Assembly: GCA_964016885.1 (NCBI GenBank)
Contig: OZ024745.1
Coordinates: 46,128,001 to 46,192,000, forward strand
From: Eledone cirrhosa
Taxonomy: Eukaryota
Reading direction: 5' to 3'
Length of the DNA: 64,000 nucleotides
Program-made: the position numbers and the translations under genes
In this document: one piece after another, positions 1 through 13,088 of the stretch
How the letters are laid out: each line of letters begins with the position of its first letter
Numbering within the stretch: the first letter of the stretch is position 1
Notes under the pieces: model-generated
The model's input: only the letters and a program-made list of their open reading frames with translations
What the model was told of the DNA's origin: nothing
Database searches by the model: none

Positions 1-1951
1 GGGCAGCTAGTAATTTGGGTTGTGTAACTGTTTGCGCCCTTAAATATCATTCCTAGTGCCCCAATTACTATAAGCAATCCGTAGCACTCTCTGGGCATGC
101 AGCTGTAAGCTAATAAATGATAACTGAAAGGAAGCACTTTTGTTTGATGTATATATTTTTATCTTGTTTAGGCATGGCCGTGTGATTAAATTTATTTCGG
201 AACTACGAGGTTCTCGGTCCTTTCCCTTCTCCGCAATACTTTGAGCAAGTCGTTTCTACCATAACTGTATTCTACCATTATTATTTTGAGTGGAAGGGCG
301 ATGAATTGGCAGTATCGGTAGAGCGTCGGACAACATGCTTGGTGGCTTATAGTTATGTCTCTAGGAAGCTCTCGATGAATAAAGTAAACCAACATTTGAG
401 GAGCCTCTTATTCCGTTCCTATTGCATACTATGGTTTTTATGTCGGTACTTTTTCACAATTGATTTCACCCACCGACCATTTCATTAATTAGCCCTAATG
501 TCCCCTCAATCGTCTCCCTTGCAGATAATGAAGAACAATCATTATAGCATAATTGTTAGAGCATCGTTCTAAGTTCAAATCCAGCCAATTTCAAATTTGA
601 CATTCATCTTTCTGGGATCAATAAAACAAAGTACCAACCAAGTACTGGAGACGATATAATCAATTTACCACTCCCTCAAAATGTGTAGCCTTGTGTCTAT
701 GTTTAATTTTTTGTTGTTTTTTTTTAACAGTAAGGTGGCAGAATTGGTAGTGCATCGGACAAAATATATTGCGGTATTTAATTATGTTCCTTTACATTCT
801 GGATTAAAATGATGTTGAAGTTCAAAAATAAGTACCAGTCATGTAATGGAATCGATTAAATCGACCATACTGCACTCGCCAAATCTGAAGCCCTCTGTTT
901 ATGTTAAAATTATAAGTTTTCGATTGTTTTATTTTTCACTGCACAACCTCAGTCTAAAAATTAAAAACGTTAGGTGGTTAGGCGTGATGTTGTTAAATTT
1001 ACTATATAGAGGTGTATTGTTGAAGTGTTATTGATGAGAATAACAGTTTTGTTATACGAATTTCCAGTGTTTTGTTCAGTGGCCTATATGGTGACTTTTA
1101 TGTTTCATATGTTTGTATTTTTCAGAAGGCGACGGCGATCCATTACCAATACTCAAAATGGTCGTATTTACTGGGGCGAAATTGGCCGAAAAAAATATAA
1201 ACTAGAAGAATATTGAATTCTTTATCAGCCCTGTTTTTGTAATTTCTTATATTAATTTTAACATCATCCGCTATATATTCTTCAACAGCAATATATTAAT
1301 AATATTTATATCGACATATACAATATTCGTTTATTACGTTCATATCGACATCCATACAATGGCTTTGTGCCAGTTAAGACATCGATCCTAGTTCCTTCTA
1401 CTAATACCATTGAAGACAATAAGAAAAATATGAACTTCCAAATACCACGGTCCGATTTCCTTAATTGTGTAGGTCTGCATTTTACGCGAATTTAGATGAA
1501 CATACGCGGTTTAAAAATATTTTTTCAAAATTCAGAAAAGCTGCAAATCTCTTAAGGTCCTGTTTCACTTGAAGTAATAGAAAAAACCTTCTAACTCCTA
1601 TAGCTTTCATTCTTTTCCTGAGTTTTCTCAATCTCTAGAAAACCTGACATTATGCCTCCTTCCACCATCCCTAAAATAAGAAAACTTTGACATACATAGT
1701 TGCCTTTATATAAAATCTTTGAACAGACGCCATTGTTGGATGCAGGCCCCGTAAGGTGTCATTCTAATGTGCTTTTTTTTTTTTCGCTTAGTCAAAGAGA
1801 AACTGGATTTTATATGAGTAGCATCAGTTTATAATCTGTCACCGCACGGTTTTTATCCTAGGTTGATACTTCGTTTCTTTTAGGCCTTTAAATACCTCAT
1901 TTTCTTTTTACATAAATTGTACATAAAATGAAACACACATACACACATACA

Positions 1952-2028
<77 letters not shown>

Positions 2029-2364
2029 ATTAAAAGCAACAGAAGGCAGGACTGGAAACTTCATGATTTTAACTCTGCGAAAACACTATACATATTTCAA
2101 TGGCCCAGTTTCATCATCCGAATAGGATACAATACCCAGGCGTTTTCCTCAGGTGTCAGTTGCCGAATTAATTATATAAGAGAACAGGATTGTTTAGTGA
2201 ACACAGAGAATAGAGGACTGATTTTGATTCGGGGATGGCCTGCTAATTCCGTGTTATTGTAATGGCAGGTCATCAGCGTTACAATAATACGGAAGCGTCG
2301 AGTGCTTTAATTTATTGCCTCATCGTTTACTAACCGGAATCACCAGTTCCAACGTAACATAAAG

Positions 2365-2453
<89 letters not shown>

Positions 2454-2457
<4 letters not shown>

Positions 2458-2643
2458 GTTTCTACTTTTGGCGCAAGGCCAGCAATTACTCCAGTGCATT
2501 ACTGGTACTTTATTTTATCGACCCCGTAAGGATGAAAGGCAAAGTCAACCTCGGCGGGATTTGAACTCAGACCGTAAAGGGACGTAACTATGCTGGAAAG
2601 CATGGCGTCCGACTCTCCACCGATACTGCCAATCCACCGCCCT
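2454..2643 (-). mobile_element. tRNA-derived SINE family B (Meta/MESC-like central domain)
   Basis: Minus strand has A box TGGCAGTATCGG, B box GAGTTCAAATCC and the central motif GCCGAGGTTGACTTTGCCTTTCATCCTTACGGGGTCGATAAAATAAAGTACC. Many near-identical copies occur in the window. Confidence 0.85.
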
Positions 2644-2721
2644 TATATATATAATGTTTGTGTGTGCGCGTGTGTATGTATGTGTATATATAAACACATA
2701 TACTATATGTGCATATACATG

Positions 2722-2801
<80 letters not shown>

Positions 2802-3229
2802 TTATATATGTGTGTAGATAGATACATACACATGCAATACATATATACGTACATCTCATGTGTGTGTGTCTATGAGTTTACATAAGAGAAAGTACACACG
2901 GACAAATAAATAAACTCATGTCTCCATCTGTATTTGTAATAATTGTAAAATAAGCAATAAAATATCATATACTTTCACGTTTCAAATATTTGACTATCCC
3001 ATTTTATCATTGTTGCATTTCAACCAATACTTAGTAAATTTGCACTAAAATAGAACTCTGCCAGAAATGTTTTATTTTATTTTTGGTTTTTTTTTTAATG
3101 TTCTTTAGGCGAGAGTGTTGACATACTTATGACCTTTGCAGCTATAAATTTTATTTTACATAATTATGCATACAAATAAACAACACAACTATATATATGT
3201 ATATGTGTGTACATATGTATATGTATGTA

Positions 3230-3290
<61 letters not shown>

Positions 3291-3292
<2 letters not shown>

Positions 3293-3705
3293 TTTCTGAA
3301 TTTGTTTAGCAAGATTCTTTATCTGAAAACGTGTGTCGAAACCGATATTGTTATGCTTTGGGAGGGTCATGTTGCCATTAAGAAACACACGCACCAGTTG
3401 CTTTCACTTCAATTTATTATAAATTAAATTTATAAATTTAAGAATTTATAAATTTCCGGTTGGTTGGTTTGTTCCACAACCAGACGATTGTTCATATATT
3501 GTCATATATTGTCATTTCGTCATACATTCTGTGAAGAGGTCACAGAATGTGTGACGAAAGAACTTTAACAATATATGAACAATCGCCTGGTTGTGGAACC
3601 AACCAACCAACCGGAAATTTATAAATTTAATTTATAATAAATTGAAGTGATAGCAACTGGTGAGTGTGTTTCTTATTGGCAACATGACCCTCCCAAAGCA
3701 TAACA

Positions 3706-3710
<5 letters not shown>
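3291..3710. mobile_element. Fold-back (inverted pLTR-like) Penelope-derived non-autonomous element, family F1
   Basis: Arms ~3345-3532 and ~3540-3710 are reverse complements. The junction cuts through a hammerhead motif. Flanked by (TA)n and (TG)n; same family as 6093-6590. Confidence 0.75.
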
Positions 3711-3794
<84 letters not shown>

Positions 3795-4484
3795 GGCAGT
3801 CGATCGACAAGATCCCAAACCTCATTCGCTTAACGACTGGGGTGGGGTTCGTCAAATCGGACCTAGGAAACAATGTTTCCATTAGACTTTCCATTTTCTA
3901 ATACCATCTATCAGTCGCAAATCCAGGTAGAAGGTGCAACGTGAAATAAAGTGTCGTGCTCAAGGACATAACGCATCGACCGGTCCGACGTATATATATG
4001 TGTTTGTGTGTATGTGTGTGTGTGTGTGTGTATAGCCGAACCTGTATAATTACTCAGAACACATATTACCACGGATTAACCAGCCTTCGGACTGCCGGAC
4101 TTTTGAATGCTATATATATATATATATATATATACATACAGACACACATATTCCTGATGATTTCATACGAATGGAAACAGTTCTAGTCTTGTAGAACTCT
4201 TTTCTATATATATATAATAAAGAAATATATAATAACATTAATGAAGATACTGATGTTACATAAATCGTTTATTCATAACAATTATTTCAACGGTTCTCCC
4301 ATGCAATCGAGATGTAATTCATATATTTGTTGTTGTTATGAGAACGGTATCTTCAGATGAAATTCCTTTTTGTGATATACCGCCGGCAGAAAAACACGTC
4401 CTTCTGCTCGTGCGCCCGGAACACACACACACACACGCGCACACGCACACATACACACATACACACATACACACATACACACAT

Positions 4485-4545
<61 letters not shown>

Positions 4546-5003
4546 TCTTTTAAGTTGTGAAATAGACTGGTTTACACACGTGGCTGCTGCAATCCAGCTC
4601 GCTACTCTATATCGCTGTATAATAGATACTGGCATTTAATGTCCGTTAAAGGTTCTTGGCACTACCATTGTTACTATCGCTTTCCTCTAGCCATGGGACG
4701 TGGAGACCTGAGCCGAATGCTACCATTCTATTATACATAGATGTGGGACTGCTCTTTCTAATAACCATCTTATTAATTTGTGTGTGAGACACGCTGGCTG
4801 AGTGCTTTTGTCTTGAGCGAAAATATTTGTTTTCTAATCTCCCGCCACAACGTAAAGTTTGTATGTCGGTGGTTGGTTGGGGGACAGAGTTGTATCAGAT
4901 TCCAGTTGCTAATCACTTTACTGTGTCGGCCGTCACAAATAGTCATAGCGGCATGGGCTGGGGTTTGGATTCTGTCGCTCGATTGGTTATTGATTAGGCG
5001 TTA

Positions 5004-5114
5004 CCCGCTGATGAAGCCACATGCGCCGATTATGCATTGTTGCATAATATATGCAGACAGAGGGTGCAGTGCACCCTACTGCTGCATCAAGTATGACCGA
5101 AACTCGAGTCCGGG
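5004..5114 (+). ncRNA. Type I hammerhead ribozyme with 84-nt branched stem II
   Basis: cccg-CTGATGA(5008-5014)-[84 nt]-GAAA(5099-5102)-CTCGAG-TC^cggg. Stem I cccg/cggg; palindromic stem III ACTCGAGT; GUC cleavage triplet. Confidence 0.7.
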
Positions 5115-5273
5115 AACTACTATAGGCACCCGTTTTACGTGTGTTGTATTGAAGCTAATAACTATGTGTATAATCTGGGAATGTATCCTACATTACCTAT
5201 TGAGTACGCTGAGATACAACCGGTCCTAGCATTGATAAACATGATGGGTCCGTCAACTCTTTATTATATATAT

Positions 5274-5652
5274 GGTGAATTGGCAGTATCGGTAGAGGGT
5301 CGGACGCCTTGCTTTGACGCATAGAGTTACGGCCCTTGCCATTCTGAGTTCAAATCCTGCCGAGGTTAACTTTGCCTTTCATCCTTACGGGGTCGATAAA
5401 ATAAAGTACCAGTAATGTACTAGGTAATTGCTGGCCTTGTGCATATAGTAGAAACAATTATAAGACGGTGGATTGGCAGTATCGGTAGAGAGTCGTACAC
5501 CATGCTTTGAAGCATAGAGTTACGTCCTTTTATGATCTGAGTTCAAATTCCGCCGAGGTTAACTTTGCCTTTCGTCCTTACGGGGTCGATAAAATAAAGT
5601 ACCAGTAATGTACTGGGTAATTTCTGGCCTTGTACCAAAAGTAGAAACAATT
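5274..5652 (+). mobile_element. Two tandem copies of SINE family B
   Basis: Copies at ~5274-5460 and ~5465-5652, each with A/B boxes and the same body as 2454-2643. Confidence 0.85.
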
Positions 5653-5654
5653 AT

Positions 5655-5852
5655 TTCTCTCTCGTCTACGATTTCACAGAACTTATGTTCATCGATTTCA
5701 GGGAGTTGACTCCTTTTTCCTCCCGTTTGACCTGTGCGAAATTCTTTCCTTACTCACATTTCGACCAGGTTTGATGGTCTTTATTCTCTCTCGTTCATGA
5801 TTTCACAGAACTTATGTTCATCGATTTCAGCGTCTTGACTCCTTCTTCCTCA
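5655..5852. repeat. Direct repeat (~70 bp, ~129 bp spacing)
   Basis: TTCTCTCTCGT..GATTTCACAGAACTTATGTTCATCGATTTCAG..TTGACTCCTT occurs twice. Confidence 0.7.
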
Positions 5853-6092
5853 CTTTTCGTTGCATTACCATCTTTGATTGTTTACTGTCTCGCTCGTTCC
5901 CCCTATTTACGTGTCCCAACGACTTTCTTTAGCCGTTGCTTGCACCAACCGGAAGTATATGGTCTTTAAAGCGATGAAATACCAATGAAGGTTGGAAGAT
6001 CACTGATGAAGGACTAAATTTATTCATATGTAACCCATTTTCAACCACGCAGCACGCCATGTTTTCATATTCATATATATATATATATATAT

Positions 6093-6590
6093 ATATTGTT
6101 ATACTTTGGGAAGGTCATGTTGCCAATAAGAAACACACGCACCAGTTGCTTTCACTTCAATTTATTATAATAAATTTATAAATTTAGGAATTTATAAATT
6201 TCCGGTTGGTTGGTTGGTTCCACAACCAGATGATTGTTTATATATTGTCAAAGTTCTTTCGTCACACATTCTGTGACCTCTTCAGTGACTGGGGATTCTT
6301 TTCTTTGTTTTTGTGCCTCTCCTTTGTTCTGTCCTACGCCTTCTTGTCACAGAATGTGTGACGAAAGAACTTTGACAATATATAAACAATCATCTGGTTG
6401 TGGAACCAACCAACCAACCGGAAATTTATAAATTCCTAAATTTATAAATTTATTATAATAAATTGAAGTGAAAGCAACTGGTACGTGTGTTTCTTATTGG
6501 CAACATGACCCTCCCAAAGTATAATAATATCGGTTTCAACACACGTTTTCAGATAAAGAATCTTGCTAAACAAATTCAGAAACGAAATAA
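6093..6590. mobile_element. Fold-back Penelope-derived element, family F1, with minimal hammerhead
   Basis: Inverted arms ~6093-6277 and ~6346-6527 with a ~68-bp spacer. The right arm extends into an ORF-start-like stretch MTLPKYNNIGFNTRFQIKNLAKQIQKR. Confidence 0.75.
6247..6289 (-). ncRNA. Minimal type I hammerhead ribozyme (PLE-type)
   Basis: Minus strand: gtca-CTGAAGA-G-gtcac(agaatgt)gtgac-GAAA-g-aa-c-TT^tgac. Stem I gtca/tgac, 5-bp stem II, 2-bp stem III. Confidence 0.6.
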
Positions 6591-6699
6591 TCATCATCAT
6601 CATCATCATCATCAACGTTTAACGTCCGTGTTCCACGCTTGCATGGGTTTGGACGGGGGTTTTCCCATTTGAGGCAAGAGTGATTGTCTTGCTCGCATA

Positions 6700-7040
6700 G
6701 GACTGTCTGGCGGGTTTTCTACAGCTGGATGCCGTTCCTAACACCAACCACATTTACAGTGTGGGGCTGGGAGGTTTTTACCGTGTTGCCTACACGGCCA
6801 CATTACAGCGTGGACTGTCTGGCGGGTTTTCTACAGCTGGATGCCCTTCCTAACACCAACCACATTTACAGTGTGGGGCTGGGAGGTTTTTACCGTGTTG
6901 CCTACACGGCCACATTACAGCGTGGACTGTCTGGCGGGTTTTCTACAGCTGGATGCCCTTCCTAACACCAACCACATTTACAGTGTGGGGCTGGGAGGTT
7001 TTTACCGTGTTGCTTACACGGCCACATTACAGCGTGGACT
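6700..7040. repeat. Three tandem copies of a 112-bp unit in the RTE 3' UTR
   Basis: GGACTGT starts at 6700, 6812, 6924 and 7036. RTE copy 2 has a single unit. Confidence 0.9.
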
Positions 7041-7210
7041 GTGTGTTTTTTTGTCGTGACACCTACACGATCTCATTTGTTTCGGCCTGGATGTTGTGGC
7101 ACCAACATAACTTTACATTGAAAGGGGCGGTGTGGATAGGGTGGGGGTGGTGGGACGGGGGTGTATTTTGTTAGAGATGCCTACTGACTGTAGTAGGTTT
7201 TACTTTGTAT

Positions 7211-9106
7211 TTAGGTAAGGCGGGTCTTCTCTATTACTGAGTACCGCCAAAGGTCTCGGTCCAGTGACATTGTCTTGGAGAGGTGTAAGTGTGTGAGGTC
7301 GGAATTTATCAGCTCGTCCCAGGTTTTTCTGGGTCTGCCTACTCCGTAGCTACCGTCTATCTTTATTGCCCTGCACTTTGTTATACAGCTGTCGTCTTTC
7401 ATGTGACCATACCAACGCAGCCTTCTCTCGAGTAAACAACATCTGATCCCTCTTATTTCTAATTTTTTCCTTAGTTCGCTTATGCTTTGCCGTTCACGTA
7501 TGTTACTATTACACATCCAGCGGAGCATGCAAGCTTCGTTCCTCTCTAGTCTGCGTATATCCTCTGCACACAATGCCCAGGTCTCACTGCCATGCAACAT
7601 TGCTGTTCGTATGCAGGCATCATACAACCTGCCTTTCATTTTTAGAGAGAACCCTTTAGTGGCTAATAGTGGTATAAGCTCTCTGAACTTTTTCCATCCA
7701 GTTCTGACTCTAGCTACTGTACTTTCAGAGCACCCTCCCCCACTGCTGATTTTGTCACCCAGGTAACGGAAGCTGTCCACTATTTCTATAGAACCCTCTG
7801 CGCAATTGAAAGAGCTAGAATTTTGTGGGCACTTGCTGCTACTTATTGCACCAGAGCACCGGCCACATGTAAAATCTATGTTCTTAGTTAGCTTACATGT
7901 GATCCCACTACATCTTTTATGCACCCATACTTTGCATTTGGGACATAAAATGGAGTTTCTACCTACGCCTTTCCTACACACTGAGCATGGCCATTTCCCA
8001 GAAGGGACCGTCGCCTTATTTTCTTTCCTACAAACTAGAACTTTAGTCTTAGCCAGGTTAATTTTAAGGTCTTTTGATTCTAGGCCGTGCTTCCATGTTT
8101 GGAATTTCTTCTCTAGCTCGGCCATTGATTCAGCTATGAGCGTTAGATCATCTGCGTATAGGAGTTCCCATGGGCAGCCGGTCTTGAACTACACTGTTAT
8201 AGCCTGAAGGGCAATAATAAATAGTAGGGGCTAAGAACAGAACCCTGATGAACACCAACTTTTACACTAAACTCTTCACTATATTCGTTGTTAATTCTAA
8301 CCTTGGTGACTGTTTCTTTATACATGGCTTGTATAGCTCTCACAAGCCATTCGTCAACATCTAGATTTCTAAAAGCCCACCAGATAATGGAACGGGGGAC
8401 TCTGTCGAAGGCTTTCTCCAAGTCAACAAAAGCTAAGTATAGGGGTTTACTTTTAGCTAGGTACTTCTCCTGTAGTTGTCGTACAATGAAAAGAGCGTCT
8501 GTGGTACTTTTACCTGACACAAACCCAAACTGCATTTCATCTAGATCAATTATCTCTCTGATTAGTTGCGCTATAACTTTTTCCGTGACCTTCATGACCT
8601 GGTCGATTAATTTAATGCCTCTATAGTTACTCCTATCTAGGGCATCTCCTTTACCCTTGTAACAGTTAATGATGATGATGCTACGCCAGTCCTTCGGAAC
8701 AACCCCATTCTGTATGACTTGGTTTACTATCCGGGTGACCATGGTGTGTCCCACCGTTCCAGAGGCTTTCAGCATCTCAGCAACTATTTCCGAAGGCCCA
8801 GCCGCCTTACCCATCTTCATATCTTTGATTGCCTTACTTATTATACTACCTTCGACTAACACTGCCGGTCCCTCTATTGGGTCGATGTGGGGGAGACTGT
8901 CTTTCTCCCATTTATTCTCCTCATTTAGAAGTCTTTCGTAGTGACACTTCCAAGCAACCTTCTTATCAGCGTCAGTGATGGCAAGTACGCCATCATCATT
9001 AAGTACACACTTCTCCGACAATATCACGGTTTTCCTTGACACATTGCCTTGCAATCCTGAACACCTCACGTTGTAGAACATGCTTGAACTTTCTTTCCTC
9101 TGCTTC
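7211..9106 (-). pseudogene. RTE reverse transcriptase with internal PHD finger (frameshifted)
   Basis: ORFs 8197-9081 and 7211-8125 join through a 1-bp deletion near 8225-8230 relative to copy 2. Confidence 0.88.
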
Positions 9107-9152
9107 CCTTATATATATATATATATATATAAATATATAAATATATAAATAT

Positions 9153-9291
<139 letters not shown>

Positions 9292-9872
9292 TGTGTGGTG
9301 TGTGTGTGTGAAGATAAAATAGGCAGAAGGTACTCACACTCAATAACCTGTAACAACAACAGGCACTGAATTTCCTTTCGAATATTTTTTTTAAGCAAGC
9401 CAACACAGTATTGCCGCGAGTGATAATGAAGCTAAGACGCTTGAAATAACCAAGCATTTATATCACCGATAAAGCAAGCCGCCAGCAACGACAAGACCTT
9501 ATGTAAATATGTTTAAATATATTATTTCTCCAATATGTTCAAACTCCATTTTGATTTGGAGATCGACACATCGCACTTTGATCAAGTTACCTTTAGCTTC
9601 TTCCTTCCTTGAAAATGTCCCCTAAATACTCAGGTTTTCTAAGCTGGTTTGGTCATCAAGCAGGATAAAACAATTTTCACTCTATACTTCATTCAACATT
9701 AATAAGCATGGAATGATACCACGAGCTAATTATGTATGTGTGGACTCGTAACTCCTGGTGGAGTTGTAAAGGTGCCGCAGTGATATACAGCATTTCTTGG
9801 GCATTATCAAGACTCCATCCCAGTGCTGGACTGGTACTTTTTTTTATCTACCTCAAAAGATCGATGTCACTT

Positions 9873-10030
9873 CCTGTGGAGAATTAGTCAACCCTCTTTG
9901 TGGATATCTATTTGGGTGCAGTATAACAAAAGATTTATGACACCTGCTGCGGAGTATTAGTCAACCATCTTTTGTGATATCTATTTAGCTGCAATATAAT
10001 AAAAGATTGTTGCCGCCTCGTGTGGGGATG
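9873..10030. repeat. Degenerate ~75-bp tandem repeat (about 2 units)
   Basis: GGAG(A/TA)ATTAGTCAACC..GATATCTATTT..GCA.TATAA.AAAAGATT occurs twice. Confidence 0.6.
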
Positions 10031-11249
10031 CTACTATTAAAAATCTTTTAAAGTTTTGTTTGTTTTCCACTTTTTCGCACTGAATCAACATTATTTCGCA
10101 ACAACAACATAATTTCTCAAAAGTAGACAAATATCTACCCACTGCTAGACTCACTGTTAAGGCATTCTAGTTTGACGCTTTTCATTCCCGCATTCAAACG
10201 TTGGATTGATTTTCTTTTTATATGTTTATATTGCGTGAATTATAATCTTTACAGTGTCAATTCTATCGCTATACCTTTTTTATATATACTAAAATATTAA
10301 AATTAAAATAAAAAGACATCCCTCGGTGTTCGACAAAATGATGTAGAGAGATAGCCAGACATACATATATAATGTACATGATCTTTTACCTCCTATTTAA
10401 TTGTTACTGTCAACAGATTTGAAGGTCAGATTCGTTAAAAACACACGAGAAAACGCAGGAAAAATATTCCCATCAAAGAAACCTCTGAGGGTGCGAAACT
10501 TTAAGGCTCCCCCTCTCCCGATTTCTAAAACAACGAGTCGTTTCCAACTGATATAGAGATCAAATTCGTTGAAACACACACGCAAGCACGCGCGCGCAAA
10601 ACTTAGGAAAAAGAACAATTTCCCACTGAATGAGTGAAGTGTGTTTTTCTGTAAACTTGCCAAAGAATGATTGCCGTTGTTATTGTTTAGCTCCGGCTTA
10701 GCTCTGATTATGCAAACCTGTGACCAGAGACGTTCCAGTCATGATCATGTTTTTTTTTGTTTTTTTCTTATTCTTATTAAGAATAGTGTATCTAATTTGC
10801 CTTTCTATTTTTAAGATGATGCGATGAGTTTTTTAAGGAAGGTGTGCTATTTCTAGCAGGTCGAACGGCTACAAAGAGATTCCCTTGTGGGTAAAAATGG
10901 GTTAAAATAAATTATTTCATTAGATTGTAAACCTGTATCAATTACGGATTGAAATCAATAATTTCTCTTAATAATTTCCCTTCGATAGTATATTATATCA
11001 TTCGAGTGAGTTATCTCCCTGGCATGTATGTTGGTTTCCTCCCTTTAAAGCAATATTTATAAATCTGTCATTTGCTATTCTATTTTTATTGTATTATCTC
11101 TGCGTCCCTCCCAAGCTTCCCAGGACAGGTCGCAAGCCCATCGCCAATTCTTGCAATATGAGATGGAGACTGAAATATATTTTTCGGTATACCCCTCTAC
11201 CTAAGGCCCTTGTTAACCCGCATGAAAGACGATGCAGTATGATTGATTT

Positions 11250-12690
11250 TGTTGTTGCTAATTTTATTTTTTCAATTTTCCTAAAAAATTGCTCAAAATT
11301 CTTTTTTAATATTTTCTTTAAAATTTCATCAATATATTTTCGAAAGAATTTCAATAAAAATTCGGTCACATTTTTTCAAAACTTTTTCTCAAAATGTTCC
11401 TCTATTTCTTTTTTTCTTTTCTTTTTTTTTTTATATTTTAAGATTTACACATTTTCCAAAACATTTCATTGAAATTTTTTTCACATATTTCACGAAATCT
11501 TTTCTTTAAAATATTTTCCAGGAGTTACGAAGTTCCTCAGAAATATTCCTAAAAGTTTTTAAGGAATCTTCATTTAAACTTTCTTAAACATTTTTATCAA
11601 ATTTTTTTCAAGATCTTCAACATTTTTCAAACTTTCTCAAAACGTATTTTCCTCAAGATTTTCTTTAAATTTTTATCTAAATGTTTTCGAAAAAATTTCA
11701 CCAAAAGTTCTTTCAAATATTTTCCCCATATTTTTCACAATATTTTCTTAAAAGTTTCATCTAAGTTTATTTCTAAAAACATTGACCAAAGTTTTATAAT
11801 GAATTTCAGCAAATATTCTCTCAAAATTATTAATATGTTACATTTTTTCAAATCATCTTAATTGTTTTCTAATATGAAACTATTCTCAAAACTTTTGTCA
11901 AGTATTTCCTCAATGTTTTCTATAAAATTTCACTAAATTCTTCCACAAAATTAAACCAAAAGTTTTCCTCAAAATGTTTTCATAATTTAAAAGCGTTTCC
12001 TCGAAAACATTCCTCGGATATTTTAGAAAACTTTTTTTTAATTTCTCTGAAAATCCTTTGAAACTTTTCTCAAATGTCATCGAAATTTTTCTGAAAAGTA
12101 TTTCTCAATTATTTTCCTCGAAATTTTCTTAAAGTTTTATCAAAATGTTTTCGACAAAAATTTCACCAAAAGTTCTTTCAAATATTTTCCCCATAATTTC
12201 TTATTTTCTCAAAAGTTTCATCTAAGTTTTTTTTTTTTTTAAATTCTCCAAAGTTTTACAAAGAATTTCAACAAATGTTTTCCCTAAATTATTAATCATA
12301 TGTTACAAAACTTTTATATAAATATTTTTTTTAAATCATCTTAATTTTTTTTTTTCTAATATCTAATTGAAACTTTTGTCAAGTATTTCCTCAATGTTTT
12401 TCGCCAACTTTTTCCACAAAATATTTTCAAAAGTTTAAATGTTTCCCCAAATAATTCCTCAATTATTTTTGTTTTATCAAAATGTTTTTGAAAGATTCCA
12501 CCAAAATCTCTTGCAAAATTCTCTGCAAATTTTTGAAAACTTTTTCAACATATATTCTCTCAAACATTTTTTTTAAAATAGTTTTTAAGATTTTACTCAA
12601 AATTTTCTCAAATATTTTCCAAAACCTTTCAAAGATATTACACATTTTCCTCAAAAGATTTTTTTTATATTTTAAACTTTTTTTCTAAGA
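11250..12690. repeat. G-poor degenerate minisatellite-like tract with an internal ~300-bp duplication
   Basis: Recurring AAA(A)TTTT(T)CTC-like units. The block AAATGTTTTCGA..AAATTTCACCAAAAGTTCTTTCAAATATTTTCCCCATA occurs at ~11680 and ~12143. Confidence 0.7.
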
Positions 12691-13088
12691 TCTAAGAAGC
12701 TAGTCTTAGTCTTGAATTGAAATTTCATCAGCAACTCAGTTCTTGCTTCAACTCTCTATGGAGACACTGCTTATGATCCCACTGTTGCTAAAGGCTTCAG
12801 TATATCAGATAAATCAATTTACATACTATAACACATGTGGTGCTTTAACAGTGGGTTTTCTATTGCTATTGTGTACTACAGAGTATATCTATAGGTTTTA
12901 GCCAACACTGTAAGTAATAGAAAAATGTAAACATCTTATGTCCTTATCCAATATTTTAGTAGACAAGAAAGCGTACAGGATCAACCAGACTAGCTTCTGT
13001 TCTGCATTGATATTTCATCAAGAGTTTCATACTTTCCTTAACTATTCACAGAGACATTGTATTTTTTTCTAAAATGTATACTCTATAG

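Larger units (their letters stand above)
6592..9110 (-). mobile_element. RTE-clade LINE, 5'-truncated, copy 1
   Basis: RT motifs NYRGIKL, QFGF, FVDLEKAFDRV, GVHQGSVLSP, YADD, FRYLG; C-terminal RRLRWYGH and GRPRKTW; 3' UTR ending in (ATG)n. No endonuclease domain is present. Confidence 0.92.

Noticed and set aside
2026-2368. Segment between (TA)n with CTGATGA and CTGAGGA on the minus strand and a 16-bp hairpin
   Set aside because: No consistent GAAA, UH and stem I arrangement could be built. Probably a repeat fragment.
6700-7040. Regularly spaced repeats as a CRISPR-like array (also 54119-54860 and 13398-14410)
   Set aside because: Units repeat in full without unique spacers, the context is eukaryotic, and no cas genes are present.
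7482-8941. Plus-strand ORFs overlapping the RTE (also 19973-21648, and those antisense to the PLE and mariner)
   Set aside because: Antisense shadows of coding sequence with no independent motifs.
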